Shown here one piece after another: positions 16,172 through 24,194 of a DNA stretch of 32,000 nucleotides. The position numbers were made by a program, and so were the translations under genes. Origin of the DNA: Ruminococcus albus 7 = DSM 20455. Its GTDB lineage: Bacteria; Bacillota; Clostridia; Oscillospirales; Ruminococcaceae. Location: positions 270,001 to 302,000 of the forward strand of contig NC_014824.1 in assembly GCF_000179635.2 (NCBI RefSeq). The letters are read 5' to 3'. A model generated the notes under the pieces. It saw only the letters and a list, made by a program, of their open reading frames with translations. It was not told where the DNA came from and did not search any database. Position 1 is the first letter of the stretch; each line of letters begins with the position of its first letter.

Positions 16172-17302
16172 ATGAATAAGAGCGATGTAACTAAGTTCAA
16201 AAAGTTTATCGACAACGACAACAACTTTTTTACAGTGAATAATGTTCTGACTGCTGTTATAAATAAAGACGTTGTATACTGTACTGAAAAAAGATCGTGG
16301 ATAAGCTATTCTCAGAGCGAACAGGAGGAGATAGTCTCTATAATCAAAAAAGTACTGACAGGAAAGATAGGCAAAGTTCTTACCGAATACGAATTCCCTA
16401 TAACCCCCGAGAAGAAAAATGTTTCTCAGGAACTACTGATGAATATGAAGATATCTCAGTTTGAAGATGATGATCTGAACGAGATCTTCATTAATAAGAT
16501 CAAAGACGGTGTGAAAACAGATGGTGCATACACCGTACTGTCTGTAAACTTTACGATCTCTGTATACGATAAAAATGCTGATCACTCAGATGAAGTATCT
16601 TTTGTTGTAACTGCTTTTTGTCCTATAAAGCTGAGGATCGACGGCTTTATTTATAACGACGAGTCCAATACCGTCGAAAAGAAAACATCAACAGACAGGA
16701 TCCTGGAACAGGCTTCTGACGGATTCATGTTCCCTACATTCACAGATAGGCAGGAAGATGTGAACCATGTAATGTATTTTTCTAAAAATGCCGGAAAGCC
16801 GAATGTCGGGATAATAGAAAATGTACTCGGCTGCAAGTATATAATGAGTTCTGAACAGCAGAAAACGCATTTCTGGGGTATGGTCGCCAATGTCCTGGGT
16901 GAAGACCTTAACTATGATATGATAGTAAATATAAATGAAAAGCTGTCAGATCTTGTACAGGCTTCCGAGGGACTAAAAGAGGCACGTGAAATAGACTGTG
17001 CAGACATACAGCATATTCTTGAAAAATGCGATGTACCGAAGGACAAGCTTGATGATTTTGGTAAGATCTATGATAAGGTGATGTCATCAAGGTATTCATC
17101 TTTTATTGCAGCAAACGTCTGTGATGAAAAAGTTAATATAAAATTCGGAAATTCCAGCCTGAAGATCGATTATAAAAAAGCAGCTACTGCCCTCGACGTT
17201 CAGATGGTAAACGGAAGGAAGTGCCTTGTATTTCCTCTTGATTCAGCCGAGATTTCTGTGCTTGGCATCGACACGAGCGTAAATCATTCTCTGAACGTTT
17301 AA
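16172..17302 (+). CDS. DUF4317-like protein (recognised from memory of the family pattern and not verified)
   Basis: A GGAGG RBS is present. Matching segments are ...IIKKVLTGKIGKVLTEYEFP..., ...FCPIKL... and ...GFMFPTFTDRQEDVNHVMYFSK.... Confidence 0.7.
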   Translation: MNKSDVTKFKKFIDNDNNFFTVNNVLTAVINKDVVYCTEKRSWISYSQSEQEEIVSIIKKVLTGKIGKVLTEYEFPITPEKKNVSQELLMNMKISQFEDDDLNEIFINKIKDGVKTDGAYTVLSVNFTISVYDKNADHSDEVSFVVTAFCPIKLRIDGFIYNDESNTVEKKTSTDRILEQASDGFMFPTFTDRQEDVNHVMYFSKNAGKPNVGIIENVLGCKYIMSSEQQKTHFWGMVANVLGEDLNYDMIVNINEKLSDLVQASEGLKEAREIDCADIQHILEKCDVPKDKLDDFGKIYDKVMSSRYSSFIAANVCDEKVNIKFGNSSLKIDYKKAATALDVQMVNGRKCLVFPLDSAEISVLGIDTSVNHSLNV

Positions 17303-17340
17303 CTAAATAAGTCTGCAAAAAAATTTTTTATTTGAAAAAT

Positions 17341-17353
17341 TTTCTGCTATAAT
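17341..17353 (+). promoter_or_regulatory. TTTCTGCTATAAT -10 region upstream of the 17395 gene
   Basis: It shares the TTTCTnnTATAAT form seen at 10945, 15611, 22589, 19537 and 14192. Confidence 0.4.
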
Positions 17354-17394
17354 TATATATAGAAATAAATAACCAAAGACGAGGAGTGTTATAA

Positions 17395-19218
17395 ATGTCA
17401 AAATTTTGTCCGTCATGCGGAAAGCAGCTGAACGATACAGCAATGTTCTGTGAGCACTGCGGAACCAAGTTAAACACAGAAAGTACAGTTTCCGAAGAGG
17501 TAAGCCAGGTCTATATGCCGGCGACGGAAGAAAAAACCTATGAAAATGATGATGATAACAGCGCGGCTGCTATGCTGAGAAGCAGATCTTATGAGGAAAA
17601 GCCAAAAGAGAAAAAGCCTGTAAGAAGGAAGATAATTGCAGTACTTGCTTTTCTTGTGGTGTGCGCAGGCGGTGCTTTAGCTTATTTGCTTCTTAAAGAG
17701 CCCGAAAAGCCACTTAAGCCAAACCGGGAAGTTGTATCATCCAAAGCAGAAAAAACAGAATCTGAACCAGAAGTGTTGACCACATCGGATGAAGACAGCA
17801 AAGCGGATGATTCTTCTGAACCGGAGACAGAAGATAATGAATGGGAGATCAAAGCAGAAATCGAAGCTCCTGAGAAAGAACTTGATGTAACTACGGAAAC
17901 AGTTAATGATCATGAGATCAAAAAGTTTTCTACAGGCATCAAAGATTCGTATTATGACTTTGTAAACTACTATAAGGAACAGTACGGCAGTAATGCTTCT
18001 TATTCTCAGTTCAAAACCGAGGACGTTTATACAAGACAGTCGCAGCGAAAGAATTACACCGGTGTTAAAGATAATTACAACATAAACATCAATGCTAACA
18101 CCAGAGACGGAGAATCAGTCGTTCTTGCAAAGTCAAGCTTTAGTACGTACACGGCGTATTTTGACGGTGCATCGTCTTTCTATATGGAAATACACGACGA
18201 AGAAGGGGAGTCCGTTTCAACTTTTCAGACAGAATGCTATGATCACTTGAAGAACTTTATGGACGAAGATCTGGCTGAGTTTCTTGTATATGGCCAGGGT
18301 AAAGTCTATTACGGAGAAGAAGATAACAAAAACCTTGAATACGAGATGATCTTCTCCACACAGGACATAAAAATGAAGGCTAACAGAAATGTTGAGGTCG
18401 ATAAAAGACACGGCTTTAAGGCTGCGTTTGAAATCGGATTTGAACTTATGACTGATGAAGAAAGTCAGACTCCTTATTTTGACGGAAGCTCTCCCGAGGT
18501 GTATAATAATTCTTCAATAAAGATATCCGACTTTATCCCGGTTCTGAGTGATCCTTCTCAGACTGACTGCGGTTCTTCTCACGAATTCATGAAGAATGTA
18601 ATGTCAAACTTTACTATACCGGGTAAAAAGTTTATCGATACTAAGCTTGACAGCATGAATGTTACTGAAATGGTATCCGAGGACGATGGTTCAAAGACCA
18701 AAAACGCTTTTAAATTCAGAGTTTCAAGCGGTGTCAGCGGAATGAAGTATGAGGATGCTCCTTTCGTAGACTTCAATTTTGAAGCAGTCAAGGATGATAA
18801 ATCAAATTACTCGGAATGTAAGAGTGAGATATACGGAAATCTCAAAAACAGCAACAGGACAGATAAGAACGTCGAATCGATCATTTCTTTCCTTAAGGCT
18901 ATCTACCCGAATATTGCCGGTGCTAACATTCCGGCTGACAAAGCTGTTGAATCATTGAGAAAGAACCAGCCTTTTGAAATCGATGTTAAGATTGGCGCTG
19001 CATGGTCCAGCAACGTACCGGCTCATCTTGTTATATCCAATGAGGAAGGCACCTGCTTTACCTTGACTTTTGGTATAGAACAGCAGTCAGTAAATAAAGA
19101 AGATGACAGTAAAGATGAATCATCATCTATAGGCTTGGAAGAGGATATGCCTCAGGAAGCAAGTTCAAAAACTGATAATTCGTCAAAGGCTGACGATTTT
19201 GCCGCCGCACGCTCGTGA
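17395..19218 (+). CDS. Zinc-ribbon / single-pass membrane protein with a large extracytoplasmic domain. The C-terminus is probably altered by the IS insertion
   Basis: The N-terminus has CPSCG...CEHCG. A TM helix IIAVLAFLVVCAGGALAYLLL follows. The stop codon lies inside the left-end hairpin of the tnpB element. Confidence 0.75.
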   Translation: MSKFCPSCGKQLNDTAMFCEHCGTKLNTESTVSEEVSQVYMPATEEKTYENDDDNSAAAMLRSRSYEEKPKEKKPVRRKIIAVLAFLVVCAGGALAYLLLKEPEKPLKPNREVVSSKAEKTESEPEVLTTSDEDSKADDSSEPETEDNEWEIKAEIEAPEKELDVTTETVNDHEIKKFSTGIKDSYYDFVNYYKEQYGSNASYSQFKTEDVYTRQSQRKNYTGVKDNYNININANTRDGESVVLAKSSFSTYTAYFDGASSFYMEIHDEEGESVSTFQTECYDHLKNFMDEDLAEFLVYGQGKVYYGEEDNKNLEYEMIFSTQDIKMKANRNVEVDKRHGFKAAFEIGFELMTDEESQTPYFDGSSPEVYNNSSIKISDFIPVLSDPSQTDCGSSHEFMKNVMSNFTIPGKKFIDTKLDSMNVTEMVSEDDGSKTKNAFKFRVSSGVSGMKYEDAPFVDFNFEAVKDDKSNYSECKSEIYGNLKNSNRTDKNVESIISFLKAIYPNIAGANIPADKAVESLRKNQPFEIDVKIGAAWSSNVPAHLVISNEEGTCFTLTFGIEQQSVNKEDDSKDESSSIGLEEDMPQEASSKTDNSSKADDFAAARS

Positions 19219-19471
19219 CTTTAGTCATGAGTTAGGCGTCATTTCTTGACATTCTGTTGTGCATGGTCGAGGGTATGTATATTCATTGTAATACCATATC
19301 GTAAGAGCTACCAAATACAGGAAGTCCTGATCATATACTTCGTCTTGTAAACTGTAAGCCTCAATTAAGAATGTCAGATACTATAATTCTTAAGTGAAAG
19401 ACAGCTAAGTGAGTAAGATTAGCTGTCTTTCTGCATCTTAAACCTCATAAAAAGAAAAATTGAATTCTGTT

Positions 19472-19489
19472 TGTGTCACGCGTGACACA
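19472..19489. promoter_or_regulatory. 18-bp palindrome TGTGTCACGCGTGACACA, copy 2 (extends to 22 bp, 19470-19491)
   Basis: It is identical to 10441-10458 and sits ~55 nt upstream of the tnpB promoter -10. Confidence 0.5.
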
Positions 19490-19507
19490 AACACAGCAAA
19501 ACTTTTA

Positions 19508-19548
19508 AGTATATAAAATTTTAAATTCTTAAAAAAATCTACTATAAT
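19508..19548 (+). promoter_or_regulatory. Bipartite promoter module, variant copy, driving tnpB
   Basis: The sequence is AGTATATAAAATTTTAAATTCTTAAAAAAATCTACTATAAT, with the same 29-nt register. Confidence 0.5.
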
Positions 19549-19669
19549 AAATATATATGGAATCCATCGTATTTTGTAGCAACTGTAAGCGACAGAAGTC
19601 TTAAACATAAACATGTAACAGATTACATTAATTCTCAAAAAAAACAAGTAGAAGGAGGAAGTCTGCAGT

Positions 19670-20995
19670 ATGCAGATATATACGACATACAGCGTTAAGA
19701 TCAAGCATTACAACAACATCTTTAAAGATACCGTTATCGTATACAGACATGCTGTAGATTACCTTATCAGCGTTTGTCTGGATCATTGGGATAACATTGT
19801 TACATTCAAAGGGGTGAGTAGACTCACATATATTGAAACACTGATCCATGCTACAAAAGATAATCCCGATCCAATTTATGACTTTGACGCCAAATTCTAT
19901 AAAATGCCAAGCTATCTGCGTCGTGGTGCAATCAACGAGGCTATAGGCAAGGTATCATCTTACAAAACCAATCTCGATAACTGGATCAAAGATCCGGTCG
20001 GAAGAGAACCATCGTATCCAAAATCAGGTTATTCATTCCCGTCTATGTATCGTACAGTAATGTACAATCAGACCGGTGATTATACTGCCCGGATCAAAGT
20101 CTACATCCGTAATACATGGGACTGGATAACGATAAACTTTAAAAAGTCTGATATGGATTATATATACAGACATTGCAGTTTTCGCAAGCAATGCGCTCCA
20201 ACACTTCAAAAACGAAGCAAGGAGTGGTTTTTGGACTTTCCGTTTGAGGAAAAGGTCAAACTTGCAGATACATCTGTACACGAACAGACCATTGTTGCTG
20301 TAGACCTTGGGATCAACACCGCTGCTACGATTTCCGTAATGCGTTCAGATGGCACTATTCTTGGAAGGCATTTTTGTAAGCTTACCAAAGAAACAGACCA
20401 TCTGATGCATAGCATTAACCGTATAAAAAAAGCTCAGCAGCATGGTAACTATAAAACACCAAGGCTTTGGGCAAAAGCCAAAGGAATCAATCACGACATT
20501 GCCACTAAAACAGCTGCCTGCATCGTAGATATAGCCGTTCTTTATAATGCAGATGTTATTGTATTTGAGCATTTAGACAAGAACGGTAAGGTCCGCGGTT
20601 CTAAAAAGCAGAAGCTCAAGCTGTGGCGCAGTCAGGAAGTACAGTCTATTGTAACGAATAAAGCTCACAGACAAGGTATGAGAGTAAGCCATATCTGTGC
20701 ATGGAATACGTCACGCCTTGCCTACGATGGCAGTGGTTTTGTACTTCGTGGTAAATTCGGTGGTTTCAATACCTATGAGCTATGCAAATTTCAAAATGGC
20801 AAGACCTACAACTGTGATCTATCTGCTTCGTATAATATCGGGGCAAGATATTTCATACGTGAAACATTAAAATCCTTGGATGAGAATTCAAGGTTGCTCA
20901 TTGAGGCTAAAGTCCCTCAATGCAGTAAGAGAAGCACCTGCACGTTCTCTACCTTAGTTAACCTGAATGCGGAAATTATTGCTCAAACAGCATAA
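19670..20995 (+). CDS. tnpB: TnpB-family RNA-guided nuclease (IS605 OrfB-type) with a degenerate zinc finger
   Basis: The RuvC triad contexts are VAVDLGIN, VIVFEHLD and NCDLSASYNIGARYF. The canonical CxxC pairs are replaced (CAWNTSRLAYDGSG...LCKF...NCD). An AAGGAGGA RBS is present. Confidence 0.85.
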   Translation: MQIYTTYSVKIKHYNNIFKDTVIVYRHAVDYLISVCLDHWDNIVTFKGVSRLTYIETLIHATKDNPDPIYDFDAKFYKMPSYLRRGAINEAIGKVSSYKTNLDNWIKDPVGREPSYPKSGYSFPSMYRTVMYNQTGDYTARIKVYIRNTWDWITINFKKSDMDYIYRHCSFRKQCAPTLQKRSKEWFLDFPFEEKVKLADTSVHEQTIVAVDLGINTAATISVMRSDGTILGRHFCKLTKETDHLMHSINRIKKAQQHGNYKTPRLWAKAKGINHDIATKTAACIVDIAVLYNADVIVFEHLDKNGKVRGSKKQKLKLWRSQEVQSIVTNKAHRQGMRVSHICAWNTSRLAYDGSGFVLRGKFGGFNTYELCKFQNGKTYNCDLSASYNIGARYFIRETLKSLDENSRLLIEAKVPQCSKRSTCTFSTLVNLNAEIIAQTA

Positions 20996-21105
20996 TTTTC
21001 TGAGTTCAGGCTGTATGGTAGAAACGTAGTCCGCCTGCCTAAAGTGGGCGTGTCCGCTAGGACACTATAGGAAGCACGCGACTTTAGTCGTGTGAGGCTT
21101 CACAG
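20960..21105 (+). ncRNA. Candidate omega/reRNA scaffold spanning the tnpB 3' end and the right end
   Basis: This is the position expected for TnpB guide RNAs. Hairpins present are CAGGC/GCCTG (21007-21037), GTGTCC-GCTA-GGACAC (21050-21065) and CACGCGACT-TT-AGTCGTGTG (21075-21094). Confidence 0.35.
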
Positions 21106-21165
21106 TGATCCTTGGTTTGTGGTTAACAAGGACCAAAAGATGCTGCTTGATTATCTCCTTAATTA

Positions 21166-21190
21166 AAAAGCTCCTTACGGGGCTTTTTTT
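21166..21190 (+). terminator. Terminator that is probably the native terminator of the 17395 gene, displaced by the IS
   Basis: An AAGCTCC-TTAC-GGGGCTT stem followed by T8. Confidence 0.55.
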
Positions 21191-21207
21191 TATCTAAATA
21201 AATTTTT

Positions 21208-21243
21208 ACATATAATAAATATGTATTATAAAAATTGTATATT
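21208..21243 (+). promoter_or_regulatory. Bipartite promoter module, divergent copy
   Basis: ACATATAATAAAT, then TGTATATT 27 nt downstream. Confidence 0.35.
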
Positions 21244-21274
21244 TTGGCGTATCGTCAAAAACAGGAGGTAAATA

Positions 21275-22552
21275 ATGCGTAAAGTGTTTAAATGTATCAA
21301 TAAAGTAATCGCGTCGGCAATTGCTGCATTGTTAGCTGTTTCAGGAACAGTACTGGTTAGTTTCGCTGATGATTATCAAAAGGGAGACGTAAACAGAAGT
21401 GGTTCGATTAATGTTACAGATATTATCAGTGTGGCAGCCCATATAAAAGGCAAAAGATTAATAGACCCTGAATATCAATATCTGGCCGATATAAATGAAG
21501 ATGGTATTATAAATATTTCTGATATAACGACAATAGCTGCAAGAGTCAAAGGTTATTATGCCAATAAGGTTCCGGAGAAAGTAAATTTTACAAGCACGGA
21601 TACATCTCCGTCTTACTTGTTTTTGAAACAAAACTATAAAGGAATGGTAAAATCAAAGGAGCTGGATCCAAACAGCAATAACGGAGTATTATTTGATAAT
21701 CTTTATTATGGTTATCAGATAGACGATAATACATATAGATTATATAGCAGGAACACTTATACAGACGTTCCTAAGAAGTATGTTCGTGACGGTGTATTTA
21801 TTACCAATAAATACAACAATATCTTGAATGTGGGAAATATATCGCAGTTTGATAATGAACTTAATGTAACAGAATATAACGGAAAAGATAAGGATCTGAG
21901 CTGCGGTCCCGCGTGTATTGCTATGGCTGTTACAAGTGAATTCAAAAAGAATGTATCTATTACAGACGTTTTTGTAGACGGAAATAATTATGCATGGTCT
22001 ATAGGAGCTATACCAAAAAATCTTTATGCACATAATTACAACTACACACCATGGAATTTTGAATGGTGTGAGGCCGGAGGGAACGGCACTACCCTTAATG
22101 GTATGTTCAGGCTTATGCAGATATATGCCGACAGGGAAGGGAAGACTGCTGTTTCACCCGTTGTAAACTATTATGAAAGCAATAATAAAACAATAGATAA
22201 AATAGACAAGGCTCTCAGTGAAGGACATACCGTTGTGGCTTCTGTGCTGTTTAATTCGAGATATGTAGCTTTCAATGGCTATTCCAATACTATCCGTGCT
22301 GCAGCAAATTTTCTCCCGGCAAATCCTTTTATCCATTATGTGGTCATAGCAGGAGAATGTGATGGATCAGGAAAATATGACGGATATTATGCTGTAGCGG
22401 ATCCTTATAAAAAAGCATTGAAAGATATAAACGGAAATTTGGTCTGTGATGATATAAATTCGGGACTTACTATCGTAAGAAAACAGACTATGGCTGGTTC
22501 GATAAATCAGATGTATGATTCGTGGTACAGAGGTATTGTATACGTGAAATAA
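21275..22552 (+). CDS. Secreted dockerin-containing peptidase C39-like (papain-fold) protein
   Basis: It has a signal peptide and dockerin repeats (GDVNRSGSINVTDIISVAAHIKGKR / ADINEDGIINISDITTIAARVKG). Candidate catalytic Cys (LSCGPACIAMAV) and His (HYVVIAG) contexts are present. Confidence 0.75.
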   Translation: MRKVFKCINKVIASAIAALLAVSGTVLVSFADDYQKGDVNRSGSINVTDIISVAAHIKGKRLIDPEYQYLADINEDGIINISDITTIAARVKGYYANKVPEKVNFTSTDTSPSYLFLKQNYKGMVKSKELDPNSNNGVLFDNLYYGYQIDDNTYRLYSRNTYTDVPKKYVRDGVFITNKYNNILNVGNISQFDNELNVTEYNGKDKDLSCGPACIAMAVTSEFKKNVSITDVFVDGNNYAWSIGAIPKNLYAHNYNYTPWNFEWCEAGGNGTTLNGMFRLMQIYADREGKTAVSPVVNYYESNNKTIDKIDKALSEGHTVVASVLFNSRYVAFNGYSNTIRAAANFLPANPFIHYVVIAGECDGSGKYDGYYAVADPYKKALKDINGNLVCDDINSGLTIVRKQTMAGSINQMYDSWYRGIVYVK

Positions 22553-22559
22553 TTTTTTT

Positions 22560-22600
22560 ACTATATATAATTTTACTTTTTCAAAAAAATCTGCTATAAT
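22560..22600 (+). promoter_or_regulatory. Bipartite promoter module, copy 3, upstream of tRNA-Lys
   Basis: The sequence is ACTATATATAATTTTACTTTTTCAAAAAAATCTGCTATAAT, with the same 29-nt register. Confidence 0.5.
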
Positions 22601-22791
22601 ATATATGTATACTTTCAAACATTTCATGTTTCATTTTAACCCCTATTGATGTTTTATGGCTGTAAGGAAGATACAGTGTATCTTCCTTCGCTGTAAAACA
22701 AATCACAAAGCTTGCGTAACTACGATTTCATCTCATTTTTACTCCTAAATTTTTGCTGCAAGGGCAGCTTTTAGTTACCTTTGCAGTACAT

Positions 22792-22864
22792 GTGCCATTA
22801 GCTCAGTCGGCAGAGCATTTGACTTTTAATCAAAGGGTCCGGAGTTCGAATCTCCGATGGCACA
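22792..22864 (+). tRNA. tRNA-Lys (anticodon UUU); CCA not encoded
   Basis: A manual cloverleaf fits: acceptor GTGCCAT/ATGGCAC, D arm GCTC/GAGC, anticodon stem TTTGA/TCAAA with loop CTTTTAA, and T arm CGGAG-TTCGAAT-CTCCG. Confidence 0.9.
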
Positions 22865-22913
22865 CTTACGGACTTTTAGTCTGAATAAATTATAGAAAGA
22901 AGTGATACGAAAA

Positions 22914-23204
22914 ATGAATAAGGCAGAACTTATCAATGTTATCGCAGAGAAGGGCGGTTATACCAAGAAGGAAGCTGATAAGGTACTGACAACAGTTCTT
23001 GATACTATTGCAGGCGCTCTGGAGAACGGTGAGAAGGTCACTCTCGTTGGCTTCGGTACATTCGAGGTTAGGGAAAGAGCTGCTAAGGTCGCTTTAAATC
23101 CTGTTACCAAGGCTCCTGTTGACGTTCCTGCAAGAAAGGTTCCCGCGTTCAAGGCTGGACAGGCTCTTAAGGAAGCTGTTGCAAAGGCTAAGAACAAGAA
23201 GTAA
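22914..23204 (+). CDS. hup: HU-family DNA-binding protein with a Lys-rich C-terminal extension
   Basis: The sequence MNKAELINVIAEKGG...VGFGTFEVRERAA...NPVTKAPVDVPARKVPAFKAGQALKEAV fits HU. The ATG at 22914 is chosen to match the conserved HU N-terminus. Confidence 0.9.
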   Translation: MNKAELINVIAEKGGYTKKEADKVLTTVLDTIAGALENGEKVTLVGFGTFEVRERAAKVALNPVTKAPVDVPARKVPAFKAGQALKEAVAKAKNKK

Positions 23205-23273
23205 AAAGCTTTTTCATTTTCTCCTTTTTAAGCCTCTGATACAATACATAACTATTGTAAAAGAGGCTTGTAT

Positions 23274-23328
23274 GCAGACGTTATACGGAATTTGTGAGTT
23301 CGAATCTCACCGTCTGCGCGTTTTTTTT
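23274..23328 (+). terminator. tRNA-like minihelix (7-bp acceptor stem plus T arm) followed by T8, acting as the hup terminator
   Basis: The layout is GCAGACG, 13 nt, GTGAG-TTCGAAT-CTCAC, CGTCTGC, G, then CGTTTTTTTT. There are no D or anticodon arms. Confidence 0.5.
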
Positions 23329-23825
23329 GAGGATTTTCAAAAAAACTTCTTAAGGTGTCAGACTTGTTGTTGAAACGCTCAGAATCACACAAAACTTCCC
23401 GTCACGCTCATTCCTTATCTTCTCACCTGCGATATATGCTGCACTTGCTACGCAACTGCCCCACTCGTTCGCGTGACCATTTTGACGTTGAAATGATATA
23501 TTGCTGTTATGCGACTTCTTTCGGTTTGGATTAATCTCAATACATACAAATGTTCGATTCTGTTTTATGTTATAGCACGAATATTCGCACTGTCAAGAGC
23601 TTATCGAAAATTTGTTCTTTGTTGCTACTGAGTGGGCATATAGCTAAATTCAAATATCATCTTAACACTAAGGTGCATTTTAGTGCGTTTTTTCAAGTTT
23701 CTCATGCTCAGAGGTTCGTATGGTTAATTGCATCTATCATGAAAACATAGAAAAAATACGTTATTAAATGAAATACAGACACAAATTAAGTTTTCTTTTG
23801 CATTGTAATTTAATAGATTATTAAC

Positions 23826-23854
23826 TTGACAATTAACACATCTGGTGATATACT
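23826..23854 (+). promoter_or_regulatory. Consensus-like sigma-A promoter
   Basis: TTGACA, a 17-nt spacer, then TGATATACT. The palindrome TTAATT-CAC-AATTAA lies just downstream (23866-23880). Confidence 0.5.
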
Positions 23855-24092
23855 GATTAAATGGTTAATTCACAATTAAATATTCTTTGTTTAGTAGTTT
23901 GTGCATAATTCTAAATGCATTGACAATTTTCACTTTCATTATTTAGATGTATATATTGAAAATAAGTTTTATACATTTGATTCTTATATGTGCAGAGGAA
24001 AGAAGTTTTATCAATGCTATGTAAAGAATATAACCGATGATTGTAAGTGCAAAGTATCTGGTGAATTTAGGTTTATGTGATACATAAATAAA

Positions 24093-24126
24093 ACAGAGGA
24101 GGAGTAAAGCTCCTTCTCTGTTTTAG
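24093..24126 (+). terminator. 13-bp hairpin terminator or attenuator upstream of the ABC operon
   Basis: AACAGAGGAGGAG-TAAAG-CTCCTTCTCTGTT followed by TTTT. Confidence 0.55.
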
Positions 24127-24194
24127 CATAATGACAAATTGAAAAATGATAAACAACCTAATAAGTTGTTAAACTAACAAATGGAGATATGTAA

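Larger units (their letters stand above)
19200..21105 (+). mobile_element. IS200/IS605-family element carrying only tnpB (no tnpA). The boundaries are approximate
   Basis: Homologous subterminal hairpins lie at both ends: GCACGCTCGTGACTTTAGTCATGAGTTAGGCGTCA (19207-19241) and GCACGCGCGACTTTAGTCGTGTGAGGCTTCA (21073-21103). tnpB lies between them. Confidence 0.6.

Noticed and set aside
22869-22883. GGACTTTTAGTC palindrome after tRNA-Lys, resembling the GACTTTAGTC core of the IS-end hairpins
   Set aside because: Only a 4-bp stem is shared. The flanking IS-end consensus (GCACG...AGGCnTCA) is absent, so the resemblance is probably coincidental.
23550-23750. 66-aa plus-strand ORF in the long AT-rich spacer
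   Set aside because: It has no RBS and a low-complexity hydrophobic or odd composition. It lies in a region with promoter-like AT-rich sequence, so it is not supported.
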